A DNA stretch of 64,000 nt, from NCBI GenBank assembly GCA_964016885.1, contig OZ024762.1, forward strand, positions 4,836,001-4,900,000. Reading direction: 5' to 3'. The DNA comes from Eledone cirrhosa (Eukaryota). How positions within the stretch are numbered: the stretch's first letter is position 1; each line of letters opens with the position of its first letter. A program made the translations under genes and the position numbers. Positions 11,401-23,872 of the stretch are shown one piece after another. The notes below the pieces were generated by a model, which was not told where the DNA came from, did no database searches, and was given only the letters and a program-made list of their open reading frames with translations.

Positions 11401-13802
11401 GCTACCATTACACACCTGCCAACTATTACCACCCGACATACAGGCTACCATTACACACCTGCCAACTACTGCCACCCGACATACAGGCTACCATTACACA
11501 CCTGCCAACTACTGCCACCCGACATACAGGCTACCATTACACACCTGCCAACTATTACCACCCGACATACAGGCTACCATTACACACCTGCCAACTACTG
11601 CCACCCGACATACAGGCTACCATTACACACCTGCCAACTACTGCCACCCGACATACAGGCTACCATTACACACCTGCCAACTACTGCCACCCGACATACA
11701 GGCTACCATTACACACCTGCCAACTACTGCCACCCGACATACAGGCTACCATTACACACCTGCCAACTATTACCACCCGACATACAGGCTACCATTACAC
11801 ACCTGTCAACTACTGCCACCCGACATACAGGCTACCATTACACACCTGCCAACTACTGCCACCCGACATACAGGCTACCATTACACACCTGCCAACTACT
11901 GCCACCCGACATACAGGCTACCATTACACACCTGCCAACTACTGCCACCCGACATACAGGCTACCATTACACACCTGCCAACTATTACCACCCGACATAC
12001 AGGCTACCATTACACACCTGCCAACTACTGCCACCCGACATACAGGCTACCCTTACACACCTGCCAACTACTGCCACCCGACATACAGGCTACCATTACA
12101 CACCTGCCAACTACTGCCACCCGACATACAGGCTACCATTACACACCTGCCAACTACTGCCACCCGACATACAGGCTACCATTACACACCTGCCAACTAT
12201 TACCACCCGACATACAGGCTACCATTACACACCTGTCAACTACTGCCACCCGACATACAGGCTACCCTTACACCTGCCAACTATTACCACCCGACATACA
12301 GGCTACCCTTACACACCTGCCAACTACTGCCACCCGACATACAGGCTACCATTACACACCTGCCAACTACTGCCACCCGACATACAGACTACCATTACAC
12401 ACCTGCCAACTACTGCCACCCGACATACAGGCTACCATTACACACCTGCCAACTATTACCACCCGACATACAGGCTACCATTACACACCTGCCAACTATT
12501 GCCACCCGACATACAGGCTACCCTTACACACCTGCCAACTACTGCCACCCGACATACAGGCTACCATTACACACCTGCCAACTACTGCCACCCGACATAC
12601 AGGCTACCCTTACACACCTGCCAACTACTGCCACCCGACATACAGGCTACCATTACACACCTGCCAACTATTACCACCCGACATACAGGCTACCATTACA
12701 CACCTGCCAACTACTGCCACCCGACATACAGGCTACCCTTACACACCTGCCAACTACTGCCACCCGACATACAGGCTACCCTTACACACCTGCCAACTAC
12801 TGCCACCCGACATACAGGCTACCCTTACACACCTGCCAACTATTACCACCCGACATACAGGCTACCATTACACACCTGCCAACTACTGCCACCCGACATA
12901 CAGGCTACCCTTACACACCTGCCAACTATTGCCACCCGACATACAGGCTACCCTTACACACCTGCCAACTATTACCACCCGACATACAGGCTACCCTTAC
13001 ACACCTGCCAACTACTGCCACCCGACATACAGGCTACCATTACACACCTGCCAACTACTGCCACCCGACATACAGGCTACCCTTACACACCTGCCAACTA
13101 CTGCCACCCGACATACAGGCTACCCTTACACACCTGCCAACTACTGCCACCCGACATACAGGCTACCATTACACACCTGCCAACTACTGCCACCCGACAT
13201 ACAGGCTACCATTACACACCTGCCAACTATTGCCACCCGACATACAGGCTACCATTACACACCTGCCAACTACTGCCACCCGACATACAGGCTACCCTTA
13301 CACACCTGCCAACTACTGCCACCCGACATACAGGCTACCCTTACACACCTGCCAACTATTGCCACCCGACATACAGGCTACCCTTACACACCTGCCAACT
13401 ATTACCACCCGACATACAGGCTACCCTTACACACCTGCCAACTACTGCCACCCGATATACAGGCTACCATTACACACCTGCCAACTACTGCCACCCGACA
13501 TACAGGCTACCATTACACACCTGCCAACTACTGCCACCCGACATACAGGCTACCATTACACACCTGCCAACTACTGCCACCCGACATACAGGCTACCCTT
13601 ACACACCTGCCAACTACTGCCACCCGACATACAGGCTACCCTTACACACCTGCCAACTACTGCCACCCGACATACAGGCTACCATTACACACCTGCCAAC
13701 TACTGCCACCCGACATACAGGCTACCATTACACACCTGCCAACTACTGCCACCCGACATACAGGCTACCATTACACACCTGCCAACTACTGCCACCCGAC
13801 AT
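5421..13802. repeat. 43-bp minisatellite, about 195 copies (CCACCCGACATACAGGCTACC[A/C]TTACACACCTGCCAACTA[C/T]TG)
   Basis: Period measured directly (ATTGCC at 5421 and 5464). Few SNP variants and occasional 41-bp units. The 43-aa periodicity in all three + frames confirms the period. Confidence 0.97.
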
Positions 13803-14451
13803 GACTTGACCATCTTGACCACTTCCTGTTGCGCGCGCCCCACAACTTTCTACTTCCTCCTCGCCATTCCCACGGACGCTAACGCAGTGGTTTCCTGCTC
13901 GGATATCTCTGTGATTACAACTCGGAACAGTGCCATCCCTTTACACACACCCCGGAAAACCACATAAACACTTACACCATTTGCGCACACACGCAACCAT
14001 ACATTCCAACGTATCCACACCACACAAACACACGCACACACGTGCGCATCCTTACATACAATACACCCACTCCGCCTCCGGATTCCACATCCGACCCCTT
14101 TCCATCCACACGCATACACACACATACACACACATACACACAGACTTACCCTCCACTCCAACATACACAATGGTTTTCCAAAACCCACAGGCACGCAACT
14201 CCGCTCTCCCCCAGACTCTCACACTTACATCCACACACAAACACACACACGTACACCTACACACACGCACACACCTCACCTTCCATCCTCCCCGCTCAGA
14301 CCCCTTCTTTCCTCCCCTCTCTCTCCCTCCCCCCCAACCCCCATCCACCCCAGACACCACATCTTTTCACAACTTGTATTTTAACTTTTATTTTCCACTT
14401 CATGTTTTTTTTTCTTCTAACTCCCCCTCACTCCCTCTCGGAGTTCCCTCT

Positions 14452-14479
14452 CTGATGAAGGGCTTATGCCCGAAACGTC
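14452..14479 (+). ncRNA. Minimal hammerhead-ribozyme-like motif of Penelope-like-element type
   Basis: CTGATGA-A-GGGC-TTAT-GCCC-GAAACGTC: catalytic core, 4-bp helix II and palindromic ACGT helix III. Helix I is poorly formed. Confidence 0.45.
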
Positions 14480-15289
14480 ACACCCACACCCCCACTCTCA
14501 CTAAGCGTGAACCTAATACGTTTTGTAACTTCTACTCCTGCGTTGTTGTTTTTTACTTTCCTTATATATATATCTGCCTTTCTCCCTCTCACTTTCACCC
14601 CCTCGTCTGACCGTTTAGCAGTTCTCTTCTCACTTACAACTGCGGCGATCGGACGTGTGTCTCCTTCCACTCGACCACTCAGTCTTGAACTTAAGTTCTT
14701 TTATCGAGTGGTCTTGGATCTCCGACCTATAGTTGCTCGCACATTGCTCGGTTTGTTGTTGTTTTTTCGCTGTTTTGTTACTGTTTTCTCTTTTTCTTCC
14801 CCTTTGCTTTCCTTCCCTCCTTCCTTCGTTTTCCCAATAACTCATCCAGTTATTGACGTCCTGGGGCGAGGTGGTATCTTGTCTTTAAATTGTCTTTAAA
14901 GCGTAGAAATATCCGAGACCCCCAGTAGACAACTGATGAGGAAAACTCCCCCGCCCCTCCCCCGTTCTTGCTTTCTTCGTATCCCCACTGCATTTTAAGT
15001 TACCTTAAATAGCAACTACACAGCCATTTCTATTCTCCATATATTTCATTATATATATCAGGGGCGAAGGGTGCGTGCATGCAACGCATGCAGTGCATGC
15101 GTTATTGAATCTTGAGTTGATCAATTGCGTCGGTTGAAGCAAGCAGAATTTTGGCTGCTTGTTAAATCGTAGACAGATAAAAAGACAACACGCACACACA
15201 CACGCACACACACACTCACACACATACACACATACACACAAACACACGACAGCGTCGGTTGAAGCAACCAGAATTTTGGCTGCTTGCCA

Positions 15290-15980
15290 AAACACTGTAC
15301 AATGCAGTTCATAAAAAAGATAGCCCCGGTAATAAACACATTAAAAGCTACAGCAATGTGGAAGACATCCATGTACATAATATGAAAGAGTACTGGTGGA
15401 ATGTTCCAGTGAAACCCCCAATAAAATGCAGGCATAACAGACCAGATATTATGATATGGGACAGGGAGAAGAAAACATGCACAGTAGTGGAAATTAGCTG
15501 CCAAGCAGATGCCAATATATCAAAGATTAGCGAAAAGGAGAATATTTATGCAGAACTGATGAGAAATCTGCAGATACTCCACCCTGATTACACCTTCAGA
15601 TTTATGTCTGTGATTATTGGGGCACTGGGGTATGTTAGTAAATGAAATGCCTCAATACAAATCTTGAGAAGCTAGGCTTCACAGGAACAGAAAGAACACA
15701 ACTAGTTAGGAAACTACAAGTACAATCCATTAATGGAACAGTAAAAATATGTAAAACATTCCAAAAGTTTTGCATCTAATAACTGCATATACACATGTAC
15801 AGATACAAAGCATATACACATGCACACATACAACTCAAAACATACACATCCATATCTACACATGCATGCATACATAATCTACCTAGTTGATGTGTAAATT
15901 CCAATGAGAGAGTTTTGTGTCTATGTTAGAAACTGACTCTCTCTATTAGGAAAAAATTTGTGAAATTATAAAACCAGAAC
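15290..15980 (+). mobile_element. 3' part of an R4/Dong-like non-LTR retrotransposon (restriction-like endonuclease), frameshifted
   Basis: WWNVPV...HNRPDIMIWD..K...VEISC..D.NI....K..IY..L...VIIGALG, then in another frame LEKLGF...KICKTF-stop. Followed by (CATA)n. Confidence 0.8.
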
Positions 15981-16168
15981 ATATACACATACATACATGC
16001 ATACATATATACATACATACATGCATACATATATACATACATACATGCATACATATATACATACATACATGCATACATACATACATACATACATACATAC
16101 ATACATACATACATACATACATACATACATACATACATACATACATACATACATACATACATACATGC

Positions 16169-16411
16169 ATATTTGGTGCTACGGGTTATATACCAACTCG
16201 CTTGGACCAAAGTATGACCGAACTTGGATTTGCGGACAAAAAGCGCAGCTCCCTAATTCATAGTCTACAAATGGCTGCGATAGCTGGCACCTTCAAAATA
16301 TGCAAAACATTCTTGCGATTCAAGGGATGACAATTTCTTTTCTTTTACAACCTTGCCACCAGGAAGGTGGCCGGTCAAAAAAATATACTCGAAATTAAGA
16401 GAAAGAGAAAA
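16169..16411 (+). mobile_element. 3' terminus of a second R4-like RLE LINE family, embedded in (CATA)n
   Basis: My translation IFGATGYIPTRLDQSMTELGF...AGTFKICKTFLRFKG-stop aligns with the C-terminus at 15610-15779. The same 3' UTR recurs at 59357-59456. Confidence 0.72.
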
Positions 16412-16432
16412 CATACATACATACTTACATAC

Positions 16433-16463
<31 letters not shown>

Positions 16464-16542
16464 CATAATACATACATACATACATACATACATACATACA
16501 TACATACATACATACATACATACATACATACATACATACATA

Positions 16543-17064
16543 CATGGTGGCTGCCAACTCGTTTTCGAGTACGGCCACTACTTTATATCCATGTAGGAGA
16601 ACCCCTACCGAAGCGCTGAACGAGTGTGACTTTTTAGTCCAGCCAGCGACTTGAAAACTCTGGTACAAACACTACACTTGTGACAATTATTGACACATAG
16701 TGCTGGGCCCATGGTACCATGTGACGACAAGTGCAGAGAGATCTCCAGATATAAAGCAATGCCTGTGCCGTGAAGCTTTTATAGTGAGCAAAGGCACTGC
16801 ACAAAGCCAGTCCCACTCTCTTAACCAAGATGATATTTACCAAAAAGAAGAACAAGTCAACATCATTTGATACCATCAGGGTTGCAGGTGTTATATCAGT
16901 GTTCCTTCTCCTAGAATTCTGCCTTGACAAAGGCTAAGGGGTCATCTCTCCCGGTGATTTTGGATGGCCATTGACTCTTAATAGCTCCTTTGCCCTTTGA
17001 CAGGTTTTGTTTTTAGTCCTGCAGGATGTCCAAAGTCACCCTCCTCACCAAGAAACCTTGGTGA
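16543..17064. repeat. Interspersed repeat flanked by (CATA)n; first ~340 bp match 5081-5420
   Basis: Direct sequence identity to the upstream copy. Confidence 0.75.
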
Positions 17065-17299
17065 CATACATACATACATACATACATACATACATACATA
17101 CATACATACATACATGCATAGATACATACATACATACATACATACATACATACATGCATAGATACATACATACATGCATACATACATACATGCATATATA
17201 TTTCTATATTCTTTTACAACGTAGAATGACTGATATTTTGAAATAGGTTGACACCTGTTAAAAAGTGTTTGGTATTATTTCATTATTGGTTATTACTGT

Positions 17300-17770
17300 T
17301 ATCACCACCATCATCATCACCATCACCACCATCATCATCACCATCATCATCATCACCATCACCACCATCATCATCACCATCACCATCACCATCACCATCA
17401 CCACCACCACCACCACCATCACCATCACCATCATCATCACCATCATCACCACCATCATCACCATCACCATCATCATCATCATCACCATCATCACCACCAT
17501 CACCATCACCACCACCATCACCATCACCATCACCACCACCACCATCACCATCATCACCATCATCACCATCACCATCACCACCACCACCACCACCACCATC
17601 ACCATCATCACCATCACCACCATCACCATCACCACCACCACCATCACCATCATCACCATCACCATCATCACCATCACCATCACCACCATCACCATCACCA
17701 CCACCACCACCATCACCACCATCATCACCATCACCATCATCATCACCATCACCATCACCATCATCGTCAT
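17300..17770. repeat. (CAT/CAC)n trinucleotide microsatellite
   Basis: Directly visible. Confidence 0.95.
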
Positions 17771-17824
17771 CTATTCAACTATCAACATTCAACGCTAATG
17801 ACAGTGGCAATAGATTGAACTATC

Positions 17825-19071
17825 CCGGAAGTGGATTAGCTTGAGAAGACCGCCAACGATACTTTGATATTAATGACCGGAAGTGGATTAGCTTCAGAAG
17901 ACCGCCAACGATACTTTGATACTAATGACCGGAAGTGGATTAGCTTCAGAAGACCGCCAACGATACTTTGATACTAATGACCGGAAGTGGATTAGCTTGA
18001 GAAGACCGCCAACGATACTTTGATACTAATGACCGGAAGTGGATTAGCTTGAGAAGACCGCCAACGATACTTTGATACTAATGACCGGAAGTGGATTAGC
18101 TTCAGAAGACCGCCAACGATACTTTGATACTAATGACCGGAAGTGGATTAGCTTCAGAAGACCGCCAACGATACTTTGATACTAATGACCGGAAGTGGAT
18201 TAGCTTGAGAAGACCGCCAACGATACTTTGATACTAATGACCGGAAGTGGATTAGCTTGAGAAGACCGCCAACGATACTTTGATACTAATGACCGGAAGT
18301 GGATTAGCTTCAGAAGACCGCCAACGATACTTTGATACTAATGACCGGAAGTGGATTAGCTTCAGAAGACCGCCAACGATACTTTGATACTAATGACCGG
18401 AAGTGGATTAGCTTGAGAAGACCGCCAACGATACTTTGATACTAATGACCGGAAGTGGATTAGCTTGAGAAGACCGCCAACGATACTTTGATACTAATGA
18501 CCGGAAGTGGATTAGCTTCAGAAGACCGCCAACGACACTTTGATACTAATGACCGGAAGTGGATCAGCTTGAGAAGACCGCCAACGATACTTTGATACTA
18601 ATGACCGGAAGTGGATTAGCTTGAGAAGACCGCCAACGATACTTTGATACTAATGACCGGAAGTGGATTAGCTTCAGAAGACCGCCAACGATACTTTGAT
18701 ACTAATGACCGGAAGTGGATTAGCTTCAGAAGACCGCCAACGATACTTTGATACTAATGACCGGAAGTGGATTAGCTTGAGAAGACCGCCAACGATACTT
18801 TGATACTAATGACCGGAAGTGGATTAGCTTCAGAAGACCGCCAACGATACTTTGATACTAATGACCGGAAGTGGATTAGCTTGAGAAGACCGCCAACGAT
18901 ACTTTGATACTAATGACCGGAAGTGGATTAGCTTGAGAAGACCGCCAACGATACTTTGATACTAATGACCGGAAGTGGATTAGCTTCAGAAGACCGCCAA
19001 CGATACTTTGATACTAATGACCGGAAGTGGATTAGCTTCAGAAGACCGCCAACGATACTTTGATACTAATG
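17825..19071. repeat. 52-bp minisatellite, about 24 copies (CCGGAAGTGGATTAGCTT[C/G]AGAAGACCGCCAACGATACTTTGATACTAATGA)
   Basis: CCGG at 17825 and 17877 gives period 52. Shorter arrays of the same unit at 23644-23872 and 28432-28712. Confidence 0.97.
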
Positions 19072-20019
19072 AAACCCCCTCAGACACATGGAATCAGAAC
19101 ACAAACAATGCAACCTCACCTGGACTCTTACCTAAAGTCTAAAGTCCGTTTGGAGCCCGGGGTCTTATCCCGTTGCCTGAAGCGACTGAGAGTACAAACT
19201 TCCTCCTGGACAGGACGCCAGTCCATCGCAGGGTTAAACCCCCCCCCCCCCCCAGCTATTGTTGGTCCTCATTTTCAGCTGAGTATACAGGAGCAACGTG
19301 AGATGAAATGTTTTGCTTAAGAACATTCCCCCCCCCCCCACGGAATCACCCCTTAAGAACACAACACACCACCCCTCCCCCAGGAATCACCCCCCCCCCC
19401 CACTCACACACACACACGATCCAGGGGACATTAGAGGCCCAGGAAGACCAAAAAGGACTTGGATGGAGGATATCCGTCGAGATGATGTTAGGCTTTGCCT
19501 GGCCTAAGTGAGACCAGCGGAGCGGGACGCTAAGGAGCGCTGTCAGACAGAACCCACCCCTACTTAGGGATTAATTGTGTCCTGCATACTCAAAAACTGG
19601 ATGATGATGACTTATTATCATAAGTCCCAAACCCTTACCACTAGGCCAGGCGTCTTCACAGTCTTATTCTCCCAGTAGAACAAGTGACGTATGTGAAAAC
19701 TGGGCTCTTACCCCGCAGTGAAAAGTATCTGTTAGCCTCCTAGAATATGTGACCCTTAAAAGCAGTATAAAACTAAAATACTAACCTTGTGTATGCTACA
19801 CCCGTATAACATAGATGTTGTGTGTCTCTCAAAAGTGAGATTACAAGGCTTCTTCTGATATCAATTCTTTAAGATTCCTTAATCCTCAATCTTCAGTCGA
19901 CCATTGTATTATAGTGGTGTTGACAATGATTCTGGACAACATGGTGTGACATTTTCCCTCGTTGTGCAGTCCAGAACATCTCTGTTATCCTTGGATCCCC
20001 AAACCTCAACCCCACCCCC

Positions 20020-20205
20020 ATTTATCTCGGATCCATCTGAAGGCCTCGTTGAACTTGTATAACATTTCTGTCATAGCAGTTTATACACTAACCCTGGATG
20101 ATGGTGATGATTGTGTGAAGTATCAGTTTTCTACGGCCACCTCAACCCAGCTGCTGACAGAACATCTTCCAACGATCTCCATATTGTTACAGGAAAAGAC
20201 GACGT
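20020..20205 (+). mobile_element. Degraded APE-type endonuclease fragment of an RTE-like LINE (also in the duplicated units near 24810 and 29680)
   Basis: NISVIAVY.LT..DGDD.VK.QF and FY.HL..AAD.TS.ND..IV.G across two frames resemble the LINE APE segment VYAPT...KDQFY..L...IV.GD. A GRPKRTWMEDIRRD RTE 3' fragment lies at about 19420-19530. Confidence 0.5.
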
Positions 20206-21133
20206 AAGCAAAATAGACGGAGCCGCGTTGAGTTTGTTGCCAATAAACGCGACGAATGTACACAAGCTAGAAGTTTGTGAACACTTTTGCCGTCTTCACC
20301 TTTCTTCCCTTCGCGTCGTTAAAATAGTTGCTTGTTAATACCGAACTAATTCGATCAACTTTTCTTCCCATTGCCTTGGAAAGCTTAAGGGAAAAGCAAA
20401 TAATGAAGATTGCGATAAGTTGCCAGAAACTCTGTTGAGCATTGTACTAAATGTTGTATAAGGTCCCGTAGCTCCTGATAGAGTCGTAGGGCGCCGTATT
20501 TACATACGGCGTTTCTTGGGTATTTTAAGCTTGGCAGAACCCCTCCCTCCCTAGGCCTGAGTACAGCAGATTTCTTTCAGAGAAAGGAAGAATCGACTCC
20601 AGTACTAGAGGCAAAGCTGACCTTGGTAGGATTTGAACTCAGAGAGCAAAGAGCCGGAACGAACTCCACAAAGTATTCTATCCGACGTTCTAACGACTCT
20701 GCCAATTCGCCGCCACTAAGTACTAGCAGCAATATATAGTCCAATTTTTCTGTGTTCTCAGTTTAGTTCTGAGTTTAGTTCCACCCAGCATCAACAGAGC
20801 ATTCTATCTCGCTGATATCAATAAAATAAATGCAAATTATTTATCTGGGGTGAATTCAATCAAGAAAGTTTTACCTAGCCCAGTTAAATCAACGATAAAA
20901 TATGCAGGTGTGTCATCTAAACCTTAATCGTTTGAGAACTTGGAGTATTTATTTTGTCATAAATTGTCATACGTCACAACAGATTCATTTAACGTGATTT
21001 GAAAGGCAAGCCACGAAAACATGTCTGCTTCTAGTGTCAAGTAACGGAAACTGAAGAAGTTTTCTTCTTTTTTTTTTTCAAGAATCGTAGGATTCAGTGA
21101 AAATTGATTTGATAGTAAACTAAAAACAAAATC

Positions 21134-23656
21134 ATGGAGGACGAACTTTCAGAAGTAAACGTGATACGATTCTTTATGGAAAATCCACTATTCATTAAAT
21201 CATGGCTTTATGAGAGCGGGCGAGGTGAATTAGCTGAAGATCTTTTCGAGCCCTTTCAGGGTCCAGCAGTTGCAGCAACATCCTTTATAGATTATTTAGA
21301 AGAAATCGTGTTTCTTAAGAGACCTGCAGGAAAAGGTCGGAACAGTAGAATTTATGAAAATAAGGTGTACAAAGAAGTAATGAAAAATGTTAACACTGTG
21401 ATTGATGTTCAAAATGTATGCCATAAGATTCTTCAGAATCTATGCATCTTACTTCACTGTGAGAAAGCAAGTCTTTTTTTGACTCGAGGAACGGAAGATA
21501 ACCAATATCTTCTCTCGTCCTTATTCGATGTCACGGCAACATCTGTTTTAGAGGAAACGGTACACACCGAAGAAAATGCCATACGAATTCCATTCGATAA
21601 AGGTATTTCAGGATTTGTAGCTACAAACAGATGTATAGTAAATGTTAAAGATGTGTATCGAGATTCTCGCTTTTTATGTGATGTGGACCAAAAGACTGGG
21701 TTTCGCACCAAAAGTATTCTATGTATGCCAGTTCTGGGAAGAGATACCCATTTGATAGGTGTAGCTCAGGTAATGAACAAAGAAAATGGTTTGGGTTTTG
21801 AAAAGGGAGATGAAATTATATTCGAGAGCTTTTTGTCATTTTGTGGTATCTGTGTGGATAACTCTTTTTCCTTTGAAAAAGCGTATGAGGAACATAAACG
21901 CCAGAAAGTACTAGAAAAGCTCAGTAAATGCATATTAAAATATCAAAACGCACCCCAGAATCTTATACCCGAAATTATGAAGCTTGCCATGGAAATGTTA
22001 CACTGTGAGAGCATTTATGTCTATCTAGCTGATACGAAGAAGGATGCATATCCTCCAAATAAATCTTCGAAAGTCTTCCAGTTGTTGAAAGGGGAATCGA
22101 ATATCACAGAAGAGATTATAGGCCCGAAAGTTAGAAAAGCAATTGAAGAGAATATGAACAGTGGACACACTTTAGATTTGATTAATATGGACGACATGGG
22201 CGATGTTAATGCGATACGTCTCGATAGTACAGTTGAAAGTTGGTTAATTTGTTTAGCCATTAAAGATTCTTACCAGAATTTCGTTGGTAGCCTTGTGTTT
22301 CTTAGAGAATCAAATGATATGTTCAACCGAAATGATATCAATATGATGGAGCTGTTTGCAACATTCTGCGGGTTAGCTTTCTACAACTTCCGTCTTTATA
22401 AAACCTCGGTACAGACGCTAAATCAGCTAGAATATACAAATAAACTTCTTAACTATATAACTTCTTCTGAACCAAAGAATGTACTTAATCATTTAAGATT
22501 GAAGATAAAGTCTTCAAATGACTATCACATTCATAAATTCGATTTCAGTGATTTTGTATTTTCAGAAGAAGAAACCGTTTTGTTGTGTGTCCGTATATTT
22601 TTAGAAGCCAACATATTGGCCGTACTCAGCATACCTATGGACTTATTATATAGTTGGTTGCTAACTGTTAAAAAGAACTATCGACCTGTCACCTATCATA
22701 ATTGGCGTCATGCTGTTAACGTGACTCAAACTATGTTTTGTATGTTTACCACGGGTGGATTACAAAAATATTTCACAGAATTTGAAAGGATTTGTCTATT
22801 GATAGCTTGTTTGTGTCATGATCTCGATCACAGGGGAACAAATAGTGCGTACCTCGTGAAGACGTCATCTCCTCTTGCTACAATGTACAGTACGTCTGTC
22901 TTGGAACACCATCACATAAATCGAAGTATCGCAATACTACAATGCAATAATACAAATATTTTTCAAAATACACCCGCTGAAGTATATCAGGAAGGTCTCA
23001 AATTATTTGAGAAAGCAATCCTTTCTACAGACCTTAAACTTTATTTTGAGAAGCGAAGTCTTTTCAAACAAAAATTTGAAATCGATGACCCTAATTTGAA
23101 ATCTCCTGAAAGTAAGGAATTATTACTCGCGATGATGATGACAGCAGCCGATCTTTCAGCTATTACTAAGCCATGGCCTGTTCAAAAAAGAACAGCCCTT
23201 ACTATTGCAACAGAATTATTTGAACAAGGAGACTTGGAGAGCGCGTATAACCTCCCATTGGTGCCGATGCTGGATCGTGGAAAAAGACATCAAATACCTC
23301 AAATGCAAGTTAGTTTTATAGATTTAGTGTGTACAATGGTTTATAAACTCTTTTCACAAGTGAGTAATCGTCTGACGCCTATGTATAATGGAATGCTTAA
23401 AAACAGAACTCATTGGTCCAATATTGTAATTGGTAAGGAAAAATTTGATATTGACAAAGAATTCGGATACCTTTCCCACGTCAAGCCAGGAAAAAAAAAG
23501 ACAGCAAAGAAATATCGACGATCTCTTCTAATTCAAACTATTTTTACATTTCCTTCGCGTAAACAAATAAGCCAGACAGATATTTCCATCCCTCCACATT
23601 TAATTCGGAAGAAACTTAACCTTAATCATGGCAACTCAGTCAGAACGATACTTTGA
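21134..23656 (+). CDS. Intronless GAF-GAF PDE5/6-like paralogue 2 (840 aa), C-terminally truncated, stop codon supplied by the VNTR
   Basis: Intact GAF-A (D.RF..DVDQKTGFRTKSILCMP, NK..F...DE) and complete catalytic domain (YHNWRHA, HDLDHRG, QVSFID). Lacks the last ~200 aa and the CaaX of paralogue 4. Confidence 0.85.
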   Translation: MEDELSEVNVIRFFMENPLFIKSWLYESGRGELAEDLFEPFQGPAVAATSFIDYLEEIVFLKRPAGKGRNSRIYENKVYKEVMKNVNTVIDVQNVCHKILQNLCILLHCEKASLFLTRGTEDNQYLLSSLFDVTATSVLEETVHTEENAIRIPFDKGISGFVATNRCIVNVKDVYRDSRFLCDVDQKTGFRTKSILCMPVLGRDTHLIGVAQVMNKENGLGFEKGDEIIFESFLSFCGICVDNSFSFEKAYEEHKRQKVLEKLSKCILKYQNAPQNLIPEIMKLAMEMLHCESIYVYLADTKKDAYPPNKSSKVFQLLKGESNITEEIIGPKVRKAIEENMNSGHTLDLINMDDMGDVNAIRLDSTVESWLICLAIKDSYQNFVGSLVFLRESNDMFNRNDINMMELFATFCGLAFYNFRLYKTSVQTLNQLEYTNKLLNYITSSEPKNVLNHLRLKIKSSNDYHIHKFDFSDFVFSEEETVLLCVRIFLEANILAVLSIPMDLLYSWLLTVKKNYRPVTYHNWRHAVNVTQTMFCMFTTGGLQKYFTEFERICLLIACLCHDLDHRGTNSAYLVKTSSPLATMYSTSVLEHHHINRSIAILQCNNTNIFQNTPAEVYQEGLKLFEKAILSTDLKLYFEKRSLFKQKFEIDDPNLKSPESKELLLAMMMTAADLSAITKPWPVQKRTALTIATELFEQGDLESAYNLPLVPMLDRGKRHQIPQMQVSFIDLVCTMVYKLFSQVSNRLTPMYNGMLKNRTHWSNIVIGKEKFDIDKEFGYLSHVKPGKKKTAKKYRRSLLIQTIFTFPSRKQISQTDISIPPHLIRKKLNLNHGNSVRTIL

Positions 23657-23872
23657 TACTAATGACCGGAAGTGGATTAGCTTGAGAAGACCGCCAACGA
23701 TACTTTGATACTAATGACCGGAAGTGGATTAGCTTCAGAAGACAGCCAACGATACTTTGATACTAATGACCGGAAGTGGATTAGCTTGAGAAGACCGCCA
23801 ACGATACTTTGATACTAATGACCGGAAGTGGATTAGCTTCAGAAGACCGCCAACGATACTTTGATACTAATG
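23644..23872. repeat. 52-bp minisatellite, 4 full units
   Basis: Four CCGGAAGT cores counted. Confidence 0.95.

Noticed and set aside
5238-13967. Giant ORFs of 2909, 2813, 1049 and 835 aa
   Set aside because: All three frames give the same 43-aa permutation of a stop-free 43-bp satellite. 2-bp deletions are tolerated, so there is no reading-frame constraint.
17248-17844. Extensin-like Ser/Pro-rich ORF
   Set aside because: It is a translation of a (CAT/CAC)n microsatellite.
17825-19071. CRISPR-like appearance of regular repeats (also 5421-13802)
   Set aside because: Units are contiguous with no unique spacers, there are no cas genes, and the context is eukaryotic.
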